A stretch of DNA of 64,000 bases, from contig OX597840.1 of assembly GCA_951406725.2 (NCBI GenBank), positions 23,126,001 through 23,190,000 of the forward strand. The letters are read 5' to 3'. This stretch comes from Octopus vulgaris (taxonomy: Eukaryota). Each line of letters begins with the position of its first letter. The stretch's first letter is position 1. A program made the position numbers and the translations under genes. Shown piece by piece: positions 50,645 through 63,979 of the stretch. Below the pieces are notes generated by a model. That model had not been told where the DNA came from, searched no databases, and saw nothing but the letters and a program-made list of their open reading frames with translations.

Positions 50645-53329
50645 TCAAGTTGTACAGATCAACAACTTTTCAAAAATATTTCTCCTCTCACCAAAATATA
50701 TGGATATTTTGCTTCTTCTTGCTTTTATAGTTTTTTCCAAACAAATATCACTTCTCTTATATTTCTTCTAAATGTGATCAATGCCAATATTGAAAAATGC
50801 TGCAAATACTCTTTGGAAATCTATCAACGTATATTTAAAAGAGAAAATTATATCTGGCACATTTCAGACACAGAAGTAAAGAAATGCTTTCTCTCTCAGA
50901 GGAAATATTTTACTGTAACTCAGCAATGTTTTATAGAAGCAGGATTATATGTTTGTAGAATATCTTTGCAGAGTCTTTCAAACATGATACATATTGATGA
51001 TCCTTTAAAAGTAAAAAATACTTTTTAGCCAATTTCATGTGATTTTCTGAAAGAATAGAAAAAATAATGCAAGACATCAAGTATGTTTAAAAGTGCAAAT
51101 TTACAACATTTCTGTTTTCATAACTTATAGAAGCAATCCTTTATCTGAACTACTAAACTTATCCCATCTCTCTATTTTCAAGAAGTTTATATCAGGGAGT
51201 AGACACATGTATTATAATAACATCTCCTGGACATTAAGTCTGTCCTAGACACACACACACAGACCAATATACATGTCAATGGAACTAGATATCGGATGTT
51301 TTCATCTGAAGGGGGTTCTAGTTAGGCAACTATTAACAGGGAATGATTCACCAATGATGTCACAGTGATATGGCTTCTCCCCTCCATGAACTCTTGTGTG
51401 AGTAGTTAAGTTACCTCTTTGATAGAATGACTTACCACAGATATTACACTGATCTGGTTTCTCCTCTAAATTAATACGTTTGTGTTGCGTTAAGCTGATG
51501 CAACTGTAGCAGATTCCAAACTACCTTTCATTTGCACTCTTTCAGTTGGTGAAGCTAAATCGCCCTTATATCAAACACTTTCTCCTATGAAAAGGTAAAA
51601 TTGTTTTTCTTAACCGAAAGGTTTTCTCCCCTGTTTTTTGAGTGCCAGAATCAGTCTGGACAAAAGAAGGGCCAAAATCGGTCTAGAGTGTGTTTGTGGA
51701 GGGGAGTTTGTTGAAAAGAGGGAACAAACTCAAAGGTAATCCATGCTGTATGCAGTCACTTTGCATGCTAGAAATAGCAGGGATTTATTATGTTCTTTCT
51801 TTAAACGACATATGACTCAATTAAGATAATGTTTCCTCTTAATTCGGTTTTGTATTTCCTAATTATAAAAATGTGAAACCACACTTAAAACCATTCTCAG
51901 TGACTTTTTGATTATTATTATTATAATGTCTATATATTTTAATGGACATAAATATGTTTATAATGCTTCAAGCATGGAAAATTAAATTATTGGTGACTGA
52001 TTTGAGTAATCTAAATTTCACAAGGCGACAGTTTTTAAACAATGGAGATCAGCCTTCATTTTATACGTCGTGTCGATATTTTTTTAATATCTTCACTACT
52101 AATTTTCGAGTAAAAGATTATATAAACGGATTTTTATATTTATTTTTGGTCAAATTAGGTACTTTCTATGGTTTCAATTCAAAGCCCTTTCATTTCGTCT
52201 GTAACGATATTGCCTTTTCGTTTCAGTAATTCAAGTGCACAATCGTACTTTTATACATTCCCCATCTTTTCTTACAAATTACATCGTAATTATTAAAAGA
52301 ACAGCCTTACTTTCATATAATTTCTTCTTTGTTTGGTTAGATTCTTTCTTTTGACTTATTCAACATATGGAAACAAACAGATGTACGTAATATGATACTT
52401 AATACAATAGAAATGTCTTTATAATACTTACATATTAATTGATATAAAGAGAGAGTCAACGAGTCAGAGCGGACACTGACAGCTTCAAGAGAATTTCTTC
52501 CTTTTTCCAACGAACGTTACTTTATATTTTTCAGCTCCACATAATCATAAATGTAGTATTTGTTTCTTTAGACAGTTAATTACCAATTATTTGTATATAT
52601 TTGATTGGGTTTTCTCTTAAATATCAGTCGTAAAGTGGAATTTATCAAACAATCAAGGTGCGTGAGAAACAGGGAAGAAGAAATAAAGAAAATTAGGAAG
52701 AATTGTCAAGGGGAACTAACTCTATTCTTTAAATACTTTCGGCTCTACTTTATATTTTATTTATTTTTTTATTTTATTTAGATTCAGCTCACAAGCTGTG
52801 GCCATGCTGGGGCACCGCCATTTATATATATTTCATATTTTTTGAAAGCGTTTCTTTGAAAATTCTTCCTCATAAATCACAATTATTGTCGGTACCACTT
52901 ACACAAAGATGGCACCGACATTTTATACACGCAGCTCTCATAAAATAAATATTCACTCTTATTTTTCCATTTTGACCATAAACAGATGAAATTACATTTT
53001 GAAATTGAAATGCTCGAATTTTTCTTCTAGAAAACAAAAATTGTATAGTAAAATATAGGAGTCACAATTTCATGTGAGTAAAAAATTAAAGGAACATGGC
53101 ATACACTGAAAACCGTATCATTGGTAACTTATAAGCCAAGGTGATGGGTCAGAGCCAATACACATTTCAATTTGTAGGTGATACAAAAATTTATTTCAAT
53201 GAAAAGACAAAGCCGTTTTCACTATGCACTCACCACCATATCTGTCTGTGTGTATTATTTTTGTGGGAGGTTTGGATATTTTTTGCAGAGTAATAACATA
53301 ACACATAAGGACAATAGAGAAAAGTTTGA

Positions 53330-53920
53330 TATTATTTATTCAGCATTACATGTGTTTCATTTCCTAATAGGAATCACAAACTTTTACATGTAGAGAAAAC
53401 ATGTAAGATATTTCCTATAAGAAATTCTTCAGACATACATATGTGTGTGTGTGTGTATGTACCCTTGTCCAGATATTATGTGATGTTCGTAAAGGGCCAT
53501 CATGGCCATCATACTTGTGCAGTTGTTCACTTCTAGCCTTCTGCATAAAATATGTCTCACCAGAGAAAATATTTCCTTGCTTGGAAACACATGAGGATTG
53601 GTCACAAGAAAGGGACCCAGATGTAGAAAATCTCCATCAATAAATTCTATTTGATCCACAGAAGCATGAATAGGAGAATGTTAAATGATGAGGATAATCA
53701 TCATCGTGGTTCCTCTTCTGTATGAATGCATTTACATTTCAATAATTGATCATTTTCATAGATTGATTCAGCACAAATATCTTCAGGTATGATTTATATC
53801 TTTCATATTAATACAACTGTGTACAAACAATTCACCATTTTGAAAGAATGATTCATGTTTAACATCACAGTGATATGTTTTCCTTCCTCTGTCAATGCTC
53901 TTTTCATTCAATAATGGATA
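53330..53920 (-). pseudogene. Orphan ZNF 3' tail with no coding exon
   Basis: Colinear with 48600-49207, then jumps to the upstream-type segment (36720-like). Confidence 0.7.
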
Positions 53921-54908
53921 ATCTCAAATTCTCGTACGCAAAAATTTCTGAAAATTCCCCCAAATAAAAATATGTGACGAGGGATTATATTAGGTGCTTA
54001 AAGCAACACTCCACAAACACAAAAATTAAATAAATTAGAAAAATATATTAATTCTAACTTTTAATGATGTAGAAGAACCACCAGAAATAAAGACTTCCTA
54101 CGTTTCAAATAAAATCCGTTCCATTTCCTCTCGATACGATATTTTCTTTTCGTTTCAGTATTTCAAGTGCACACTCGTATTTTTATACATTCCCCATTTA
54201 ACGAAATTGTCGAATTTACACGTTAGAAAGAAGGATAAATGTTATCTAAACAAGGGATTGATCCGACGTTTTTACAAATAATTTAGAAAGTAACCAAAAC
54301 TGCAATGAAATGTCTAAAAGAAAACGATATCACAACGAAAGTATTAAAATTACAGCCTTTCGTATAATTTCGTCTTAGTGAGATTTTTTTTCCTTTTAAC
54401 TTTCTCAACACATCGAAACAAATAAATGTACATAATACGACACATATATAATAGAAATGTTTAAATAAATACTTACATAGTAATAGATATGGAGAGAAAG
54501 AGTGAAGGAGGAAGATGTGAGAACTGGAGTCAGAGTGGACAACGACAGCTTCAAGAGAATTTCTAGGTTTCTACAACAAACGTTAATTAATATTTTTCAG
54601 GTCCACATAATCATAAATGCTGTATCTGTTTGTTTAGACAGTTAATTACCAATTATTTGTATATATTTGATTGGGTTCTCCTCTTAAATATCAGTCGTAA
54701 AGTGGAACTGATCAAACAATCAAGGTGCGGGAGGAACAAGAACAAGAAATACACTTAATGAGGAAGAGTTTTGACAATTATTTCTTTATTATGATTATAC
54801 AATCGTTACATAGAAGGACAAATACAAAAAACAGTTAAGAGGTTCGATAAAAAATTTTCCATAACATTTGGATTATTCATTATAAAAATTCGTCTATAAA
54901 TTGTCCTT

Positions 54909-54912
<4 letters not shown>

Positions 54913-54966
<54 letters not shown>
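54913..54966. repeat. (TA)n microsatellite
   Basis: Directly visible. Confidence 0.95.
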
Positions 54967-54975
<9 letters not shown>

Positions 54976-54980
54976 ATATA

Positions 54981-55308
54981 TTCTTTTACTTCTTTCAGTC
55001 ATTTGACTGCGGCCATGCTGGAGTACCGCCATTAGTCGAGCAAATCGACCCCGGGACTTATTCTTTGTAAGCCCAGTACTTATTCTATCGGTCTATTTTG
55101 CCGAACCGCTAATTGACGGGGACGTAAACACACCAGTATCGGTTGTCAAGCAATGCTAAGGGGACAAACACACACACACATACATATATACGACAGGCTT
55201 CTTTCAGTATCTGTCTACCAAATCCACTCACAAGACATTGGTCGGCCCAGGGCTATAGCAGAAGACACTTGCCGAAGATGCCACGCAGTGGGACTGAACC
55301 CGGAACCA
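54981..55308 (-). mobile_element. SINE family 1, 5'-truncated
   Basis: Reverse complement of the 7097 copy. Confidence 0.9.
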
Positions 55309-55680
55309 TATATATATATATATATATTCAAAAGTTTTCATAAATTGTATAAGTAATTCTTTATCTGAACCATTAAATTTATCCCACCTCTCTATTTTGA
55401 AGAGGTTTATATCACAGACATATCTATCGTAATAACACCTCCTGGACATTGCGTCTGTCCTAGACACACACCAATATACATGTCAATGACCCTAGATATC
55501 TGATGGTTTCACCTCAGTCACGTGTCGTATTAACACAGCTTTGTTTGGTAACATAGACATCACTCCTCCTCTGCCTCATTCTGTACATTCGTAAATACAC
55601 AAATACATAGATACGGGCAGCTTAATGTCAATATTTTGTGAAGCATGAAACATGGAGAAAAGTCAGTAAAGTATCAACAT

Positions 55681-55857
55681 TCTTTTCTACTCTAAGGCAC
55701 AAAGCTCGAAGTTTTTGAGGAAGGGCCAGTCAATTAGATTGACCCCAGTACACAACTCGTACTTAACTTATCGACCCCGAAAAGATGAAGGGCAAAATCG
55801 ACCTTGGCGGAATTTGAACTCAGAACGTAAAGACAGACAAAATACTGCTAAGCATTT
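55681..55857 (-). mobile_element. SINE family 2 relative
   Basis: gtacttaacttatcgaccccgaaaagatgaagggcaaaatcgaccttggcggaatttgaactcagaacgt. Confidence 0.75.
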
Positions 55858-55881
55858 CATATATATATATATATATATATA

Positions 55882-57455
55882 CTAGGTGAAGGTGACCCGC
55901 TCTACGCGCGGGTAAGAGTGTGGTTGTTACTTTCTGTTGCTTCCTTTCAGCACGTAAAAAGCACCATCCGAACGTGGCCGATTGCAGCGTCGCCTCGACT
56001 GGCTTCTGTGCCGGTGGCACGTAAAAAGCACCAACCGATCGTTGCCGCTACGAGACCCCCTGGCACCTGTGCCGGCGGCACGAAAAAAGCACCTACTACA
56101 CTCACAGAGTGGTTGGCGTTAGGAAGGTCATCCACCTGTAGAAACACTGCCAGATCAAATTGGATCCTGGTGCAGCCTCCTGGCTTCCCAGACCCCGGTC
56201 ACACTGTCTAACCCGTGCTAGCACGGAAAACGGACGTTTAATGATGATGATGATGATAATTCTCCCTCTTTGATTCTCTCTCACTTTCCCAGTCTCTTAC
56301 TTTTCTTTTCTCTCGCTTTCTCTTACTCTCTATCTTTATCTATCTCTCTCCCATTTATAAACAACAAAAGATCTTGAGTAAGTTGAGAAATAAAATATTT
56401 AGAAATAAATAAATATCAGGCAGTGGCAACGGAAAGGTCTGCTTCAAGGCAGACAGCAAAACACTAACATTTAAAAGGGACAGACAAACTTGCGAGCTGA
56501 ATAAAAATAATAAAATATTGGAAACCAAAGTTTGAAGGGATAGAATCTGAGGATAGTAGAGTCACCATGGCTGGCATTTCTTAACGACGGACAGCAACGT
56601 ATTGACAGTTTAACGGCTGGCGTAAAATTTTTAATTTGATGTAAAAGAAAATTCGTAAACACCAAGTATTGAAGTGATTCTTTCTCACGACAGTAGACTC
56701 ACCATGGCAAGCATTCAAAACTTCTTCAGCATGGACGGCAACACATTGACGATTAAAAGGCTGGCGCAAATTTTTTACCTTGATGTAACAGAGAATTCCT
56801 TAACACTCGCTCATTTAAATTTTAATCCCCTTCCAGCTCCATTTAGACCCCTTTTCACATTTTGGTTAATTATAACCCGATTTCATTCGGGTCTACTGGG
56901 GCCACGTTTTATAAGATGAGGAATTTTGTCCTAGAGGTCACGCCTTTCATTTGAGGAAAAAAATAGTTGTCATGCAAACTTGCCAGCACTTTAAACATAG
57001 GTGTGCATATTTTAAACCGTTTCTAGCACGCATAAAAATTTCGGCCCATATTTAGGCAATTTGGATTTTGAAGTATTTAAAACAAGGTAAAAGAAGAAAC
57101 GAATTCACCTCCTTTGTTTGCAAATTTTGGGGCGCTGTGGAACCCCACCAAAAACTATTGAGGCACGGCAGCAAGCTTACAGCGTTATAACGGGTGGTGC
57201 GCTGGAAGAAACCAAGCACCCTCATGAGGTTCACCAGTTAAAACTACGAATTAAAAGGGAAAAACAGTGGAAAGTTTTGGAATTAGGATGGAGGGAGTTG
57301 GTTAAAAAATTTTCTTTTATTCTTTCTTTTGCATAATCGTTTTAATTCCATTAGGCAGAAGACAAACGAAAAAATTTGTAAAAATTAGAAAAAAAAGTTA
57401 GAAGGGGGGTTTGCACGTACTTACGTCATAACTCCGCCACGTTTTAATGTATTGA
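55882..57455 (-). mobile_element. Non-autonomous Helitron of a different family, interrupted by repeat family 3
   Basis: Minus 3' end ACCCGCgcgtagaGCGGGT-caccttcac-CTAG|T. Candidate 5' end TCaatacattaaaacg at 57455, where unit sequence resumes. Confidence 0.65.
55950..56256 (+). mobile_element. Repeat family 3
   Basis: Matches 6400-6736, with (ATG)n tail. Confidence 0.85.
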
Positions 57456-57898
57456 CGACTAGTTTTTAATTAAAAGATTATATAAACGGATTTTTATAGT
57501 TGGTCAAATTGGGTACTTTGTAGTGTTTCAATAGAGCCGTTTAATTTCTTTTGTAGACGATAGTGCCTTTTCGTTTCAGTATTTCTAGTGCACACTCGTA
57601 CTTTTACACGTTCCCCATTTTTTTGTTACAAATTACATCGGAATTTTCTCGCAATTAACTTCATTATTGTCAAATTTACATGTCAGAAACACAGAGAAAA
57701 TGCTATTTAAACACGATAATGATCTGACGTTAACAAATATAGAAATAATAACCAAAAATGCAGTGAGATGTCTAAAAGAAAGCGACAACACAATGAAAGT
57801 ATTAAAATAATAGCCTTACTTTCATATAATTTCGTGTTTGTTTGGAGAGATTCTTTCTTTTAACTTACTCACCACATCCAAGCAAACAGATGTATATT

Positions 57899-58107
57899 GA
57901 GCTGGCAGAACCGTTAGCTCAGCGGTATTTCGTCTGCGTTACGTTGTGAGTTCAAATTCCGCTGAGGTCGACTTTGCCTTTCATCCTTTCGGGGTCGATA
58001 AATTAAGTACCAGTTACGCACTGCGGTCGATGTAATCGACTTAATACCTATGTCTGTCCTTGTTTGTCCCCTCTGTGTTTAGCCCCTCGTGGGTAGTAAT
58101 GAAATTT
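57899..58107 (+). mobile_element. SINE family 2
   Basis: Matches 8775-9006. Confidence 0.85.
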
Positions 58108-58458
58108 ATACATGACACATATATAATAGAAATGTTTATATAAATATAATACTTACATAGTAATGCATATGCGAAGAGAGAGAGAGAGTCAACGAAGATG
58201 TGAGAATATGTTGAAGTGGTTAGAACTAAAGTCAGAGTGGACAATGATAGCTTCAAGAGGATTTCTTACTCTTTACAATAAACGTTAATTCATATTTTTC
58301 GGGTCAACATAAAAAATGTGTAATCATTCGTTTTGAGTAGACAATAAAACCAACTTTCCGTTAGTTTCCGTGAGCACGTGTTGTCTTGTCAACTGCGTGC
58401 TTCTTCTTGTGTGTGTGTTTTGCATTTTAAACTTGGTGAAAAAACCCTTAAATATTTG

Positions 58459-58870
58459 GGATCTTTTCGGTTTGAACGGCAGTTTTTTAAAATAATTTCC
58501 ACGCAACTAAACACTTTTAAACTTCATATACTGGTAGAATCTGTTTATAAAACATCTTTTTCTCTTGGCTTTATTGAGAAAATTCTATAGTTTGTAAGAT
58601 ATTTGTTCAGTTTTTTTCTTCAATTTCTGCAATTTCAACCAATCAATGACATCTATTGAGGTAAAAAACATTCTGTGCCGTATGAATATGTCCCTCGTTT
58701 AAGAAACAGATTGGGTTTATTTACATTTCTGAAGAAAAAAGATACCCTTCCCACCACTCCTAACTCTAAAACACATTGAAATGCAATAGATCGATACTAG
58801 GGTCATAATTATGGGTGACAATTTCATATGACACCACTAGAAAAAACAGCCGTTCAAACCGAAAAGATCC
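58459..58870 (+). mobile_element. 412-bp MITE, GG termini, 8-bp TSD (Merlin-like)
   Basis: Perfect 22-bp TIR GGATCTTTTCGGTTTGAACGGC. TSD AATATTTG at 58451-58458 and 58871-58878. Confidence 0.93.
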
Positions 58871-59029
58871 AATATTTGTTCTTACAAGCTTCATGTGTGC
58901 ATGTGAAATCTCGTTTTCTTCTTTTACATATTTTACCTACACATATGAACAGTGGCCCAGCAACAAAATTTGCTAAGGGAGTGCAAACTCAGGTCCTAAT
59001 TTTTTTCATGAAAACTGTGGATTTCTCCA

Positions 59030-59345
59030 ATGTTATGACATGTCATACACAACACTGCTTTTGCCATTACCCTCCTCCCACAGACACCACATGGATCCAC
59101 CTTACTCACCAACACTTCTCCTTCCACCCCACTCACTATCACCTTCGTTTTCCCAAGGTTTATCTTCAAACCCTTGCTTTCAAATGCCTCCTTCCATTTC
59201 CAAAACTTCTCTCTCATCAGAACAAGGTCATCTGCATACAGTATCTCCATTTACGGTCCCTTTCTTGCACTCTCCTTCTCCACATCAACCACTATTGCAA
59301 ACAACAATGGTAACAACACAGATCCCTGATGCACACCAACTTTAA
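59030..59345 (-). pseudogene. LINE reverse-transcriptase fragment (RTE-like)
   Basis: EILYADDLVLM...KGLKINLGKTKV...PCGVCGRRV. Upstream codons read VKVGVHQGS-like. Confidence 0.8.
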
Positions 59346-59378
59346 CCACAAACAAGCTGGTTACTATATATATATATA

Positions 59379-59871
59379 CTGTAAATCCTCGAGTATAGTC
59401 CGCCCTTGAGTATAACACCTAAACCTAAACCTTGAGTATAATACACACCCCTTCTCTAACTTGAGTCATGCGTCATTAAGCCAGCAGCACCTAGTCAAAC
59501 AAACACTTCCACGCATGCGTAATACAAGAATGGTGATGTTTTTAACTGTTATATGGGAATGTAAATATGTTTGCAAATTGTTTTTGTTACATGTTATTCT
59601 GTGTTCTGAATACTTTTATTTTAATATATGTTGCTTATTGCAAGTTATGGATGATTCTTTTATGACTTCATTGCTTTCAGGCTTAGCTTAAGGTATTTTC
59701 GCGCCTGACAGGACAAAATGCGTCTGAATAAACATTGCCTGACAGCAAAATAGAGACTCGGACATTGCTTAGAAAATATTTTTCATTTTTAACCTCATAT
59801 ATAGTACGCACTAGGGATTTTGACCGATAAATTTTAGGAAAAAAATGCGGATTATACTCAAGGATTTACGG
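59379..59871. mobile_element. MITE with TA TSD (Tc1/mariner-pogo type)
   Basis: TA|CTGTAAATCCTCGAGTATAGTCCGC ... GCGGATTATACTCAAGGATTTACGG|TA. Confidence 0.85.
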
Positions 59872-60786
59872 TATGCATATATATTATTTTTGTGGGCGGT
59901 CTGGATGATATTTTTTGCAGAGTAATTACATAACACATAAAGGACAGTGGAGAAAAGTTTGATATTATTTATTCAGCATTACATGTGTTTCATTTCCTAA
60001 TAGGAATTATAAACTATTAGATGTGTAGAGAACATGTAAGTTATTTCCTATAAGAAAATTTTCAGACATACATAAGTGTGTGTGTGCACCCTTGTCCAGA
60101 TATTATGTGGTGTTCATAAATGGCCATCATGACTGTCATACTTCTGTAGTTGTTCATTTCCAGTCTTCTGTGTAAAATATGTCTCACCAGGGAAAATATT
60201 TCCTTGCTTGGAAACAGGGAAGGTATCAATGAATTCAATCTGATCCATAGAAGAATGTAAAAGTGAATGTTAAATGATGAGGATCATCATCATCGTAGTG
60301 TTATGGTTCCTCTTCTGTTTGAATTCATTTATGTTATAATTGATCATTATCAGATATCCTAGGGTATGGCATATTCTTCATATTAACAGGACTGTGAACA
60401 AACAATTCACCATTTTGAAAGAATGATTCAGGTTTAACATCACAGTGATATGTTTTCCTTCCTCTGTCAATGCTCTTTTGATTCAATAATGGATGATTTC
60501 ATGTCAAAGATTTACTATAGATGTCACATTCATATAGTTTCTATATTCTGTGGATGTCTTTATAAGATACGTCCTTTGTCCTTCTGAGGAAATGTTATAC
60601 GACAAATATCACTGTGTTATGGACCCACTTCATAAGGAAAGACTTCTGTTTAAATCAGAAATGATTTTGTGTAAATGATTTGCCACAGATACCAGTGAAC
60701 TGATTTTTCTAGAGTGTGAATGCATTTGTGTTTAGTTAAGTGACTGTTTCCAGAGAACGTCCACAATTATCACAGGGGTATGGTTT

Positions 60787-61731
60787 CTACCCTGTATGAA
60801 TACATTTGTGTTGAGTTAAGCCACCATTCTGAGAGAATGATTTACTACAAATATCACAGCGATATGGTTTCTCCCCTGTATGAATACGTTTGTGTTGAGT
60901 TAAGCCACTGTTCTGAGAGAATGATTTACTACAAATATCACAGCGATATGGTTTCTCCCCTGTATGAATTCGCTTGTGTTTAGATAAGCTGCTGTTTTCG
61001 GCGAATGATTTACCATAGATATCACAGGGGTATGGTTTCTCACCTGTATGAATACGTTTATGTATAGTCAAGCTACTGGTTTCTGAGAATGATTTACCAC
61101 AAATATCACAGGAATATGGTTTCTTCCCTGTATGGATACGTGTGTGTTTAGTTAAGCTGCCGCTTTGAGAGAATGATTTACCACAGACATGACAGTGATA
61201 AGGTTTCTCTCCAGTATGAATACGTTTGTGTTTAGTTAAGGTATAGCAAGCAGAGAATGATGTACCACAGATATCGCAGGGATAAGATTTTTCTCCTGTA
61301 TGGATACGTATATGTCGAGTTAAGTGACTGTGATTAGAGAATGATTTACCACAGATATCACAGGAATATGGCTTCTCTCCTGTATGAACCCTTTTGTGAG
61401 TAGTTAAGTTACAGCTTTGATAGAATGTTTTACCACAGATATCACAATGATATGGTTTGTCCCCTCCATGAATCCGTCTGTGAGTAGTTAAGATTCTGCA
61501 ATCAGAGAATGATTTACCACAGATATCACAGTGATAGGGTTTCTCTCCTGTATGAATATGTTTGTGGTTAGTTAAGCTACTCTGAACAGAGAATGATTTA
61601 CCACAGATATCACAGTGGAATGGTGCTTCCTCTGTATGAATTTGTTTGTGTTGATTGAATTTACTTTCTTCTAAGAATGACTTTTTGCAGACTTCACAGT
61701 CATATGATGATTTTCCTAATTCTTCAGACAT
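60787..61731 (-). CDS. G8: C2H2 zinc-finger protein, 11 fingers
   Basis: 314-aa ORF ending HTG*. Acceptor at 62158-62157. Confidence 0.93.
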   Translation of the reverse strand: MSEELGKSSYDCEVCKKSFLEESKFNQHKQIHTEEAPFHCDICGKSFSVQSSLTNHKHIHTGEKPYHCDICGKSFSDCRILTTHRRIHGGDKPYHCDICGKTFYQSCNLTTHKRVHTGEKPYSCDICGKSFSNHSHLTRHIRIHTGEKSYPCDICGTSFSACYTLTKHKRIHTGEKPYHCHVCGKSFSQSGSLTKHTRIHTGKKPYSCDICGKSFSETSSLTIHKRIHTGEKPYPCDIYGKSFAENSSLSKHKRIHTGEKPYRCDICSKSFSQNSGLTQHKRIHTGEKPYRCDICSKSFSQNGGLTQHKCIHTG

Positions 61732-62384
61732 CTCTTCAAGAAAAATAAAATCGATCCTTCAAGTTGTACAGATCAACAACTTTTCAATAATATTTCTCCT
61801 CTCACCAACATTTATGGATATTTTCTTTTTGCTTTTATAGTTTATTCCAAACAAATATCACTTTTCTTATATTTCTTCTAAATGTGATCAATGCCAATAT
61901 TTAAAAATGTCACAAATACTCTTTGGAAATCTATCAAAGTATATTTAAAAGAGAAAATTATCTCTTGCACATTTCGGACACAGAAGTAAAGAAATGCTTT
62001 CTCTCTCAGAGGAAATATTTTACTGTAATTCAGCAATGTTTTATAGAAGCAGGATTATACGTTTGTATAATATCTTTGCAGAGTCTTTCAAACATGATAC
62101 ATATTGATGATTCTTTAAAAGTAAAAAATACTTTTTAGCCAATTTCATGTGATTTTCTGAAAGAATAGAAAAAATAATATAAGACATAGAATATGTTTAA
62201 AAGGTAGATATTCAAAAGTGCAAATTTATAACATTTCTATTTTGCTAAATTGTAGAAGTATTAAACTTATCCAATCTCATCATTTTTAAGAAGTTTCTAT
62301 CATAGAGTGGACACATGTATTATAATAACAACTCCTAGACACACCAATGAAGCAGGAAAATCTGTGACAATGTATTAATGTAAA

Positions 62385-63530
62385 CACAAAGAGTGGTAGA
62401 ACCAACTGCAGTACAGAAAAGGACATTACATGAATTTCATTGTGAACCCCCGGGGATCTCATGACTGAAAGCTTTGATGGGGAGTCATGTGTATTGGCCA
62501 GCAATGGACCGGGACATTAAAAATTTGGTAAAATTCATCTAGAGATTTTTCATTAGCAGCCAAGGCACCACCAGAGAAATACCAATTGTGGTCTGAGACT
62601 ATGAGTTTGTGGTCCTGGGTACATATAGACTATGCTTGACAAGTGAATGGTGCATGCTACTTGATCATGATTGATAGCCTTACAAAGTGGTTGGAAGGAT
62701 GTAGGTGCAGTCAACCTACCTTGAAGGCAACTATAACGTTCCTGCACAAATTCTTTTGCTCAGTACGGTGTTTGGATCTTTTCCTTTTCAACGGTAGACA
62801 ATTTCTAGTTAACTAAGCACTTTCAAACTTCATATACTGGTAGAATGTGTCAAAATAAAACATTTTTTTCTCTTGGCTTTCTTGAGAAAATTGTAATTTG
62901 TTTGTTCAACGTAGTTTAATTTTCCGAATTGTAACCAATCCTGTGCTCTCTTTTGAGCTAAAATCATTTGCTGCGTCTAAAACTGAGACAACATCCTGTA
63001 GCTAACCCTAAATTTTTTTTTCTTAATTGTTAAATTAATTTAATTGTTACACGTGTAAAAAAAACTAAAGCAGTGGAATTGAATTAATTTAACAATTAAG
63101 AAAAAAAAATTTAGGGTTAGTTACAGGATGTTGCTTCAGTTTTAGACGCAGCAAATGATTTCAGTTGAATTGAGGTAATCGATTGGTTAAAATTGCCGAA
63201 ATGCTCGGCTTTTCAGACGAAATATCTTACAAAGTATAGGATTTTCTCAATAAAACCAAGAGAAAATGATGTTTTATAAACACATTCTACCAGTATACGA
63301 AGTTTAAAAGTGTTTAGTTAACTAGAAATTGTGTTGACATTTGCCGTTCAAAAGGAAAAGATCCCGGTGTTTCAGGCACCATCGAAGAAGGGAATACAAT
63401 TTACAGGATACCAGTTAAAGAAATCCTGCAAAATACATGTAGGCAAGTACGTCTACCCCACCCTACCACTCAAGGTCAAATGGGTAAGCAGAACGATTTA
63501 TAGATACTTTCAAGCGAGCGCCAAATACAG
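62385..63530 (+). pseudogene. Decayed Ty3/gypsy integrase, split by a MITE
   Basis: Manual translation gives QKRTLHEFH..MGSHVYWPAMDRDIKNLVK..AAKAPP..WVHIDYA..YLIMIDSLTKW..FAQYGV | GIQFTG..YHSRSNG*AERFIDTFKRA. Confidence 0.75.
62774..63364. mobile_element. 591-bp fold-back MITE of the GGATCTTTTC family, 8-bp TSD
   Basis: TIR GGATCTTTTCCTTT. TSD CGGTGTTT at 62766-62773 and 63365-63372. Long imperfect internal inverted arms. Confidence 0.92.
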
Positions 63531-63979
63531 GAAGGAACCAGTTAAGCAAGGATTAAGGGCTAACTAAATTCTTTTCAACAATAGCGATCAGCCATCATTT
63601 CTATATGTCGTCTCCAATTTTTAAAAATATATTTACTACTAATTTTCGAGTAAAAGATTATATAAACTGATTTTTATTTTCACTTTTGGTCAAATTAGTT
63701 ACTTTCTAGTGTTTCGTTTCTTCAGTATACGATATTTACTTTTCGTTTCAGTATTTCAGGTGCACACTCGTATTTTTATATATTCCCCATTTTCTTATAC
63801 AAATTATATTGTACTTTCCTGCCTTTAACTTAAATAATCAAACTTACACGCCACAAAGAAAGAGAAATTTTACCTAAACAAGATACAGATCTGACGTTAA
63901 CGAATATAGGAAATAACCAAAAGTGCAATGAAATGTCTAAAAGAAAACAAACAGAATGAAAGTATTAAAATAACAGCCT

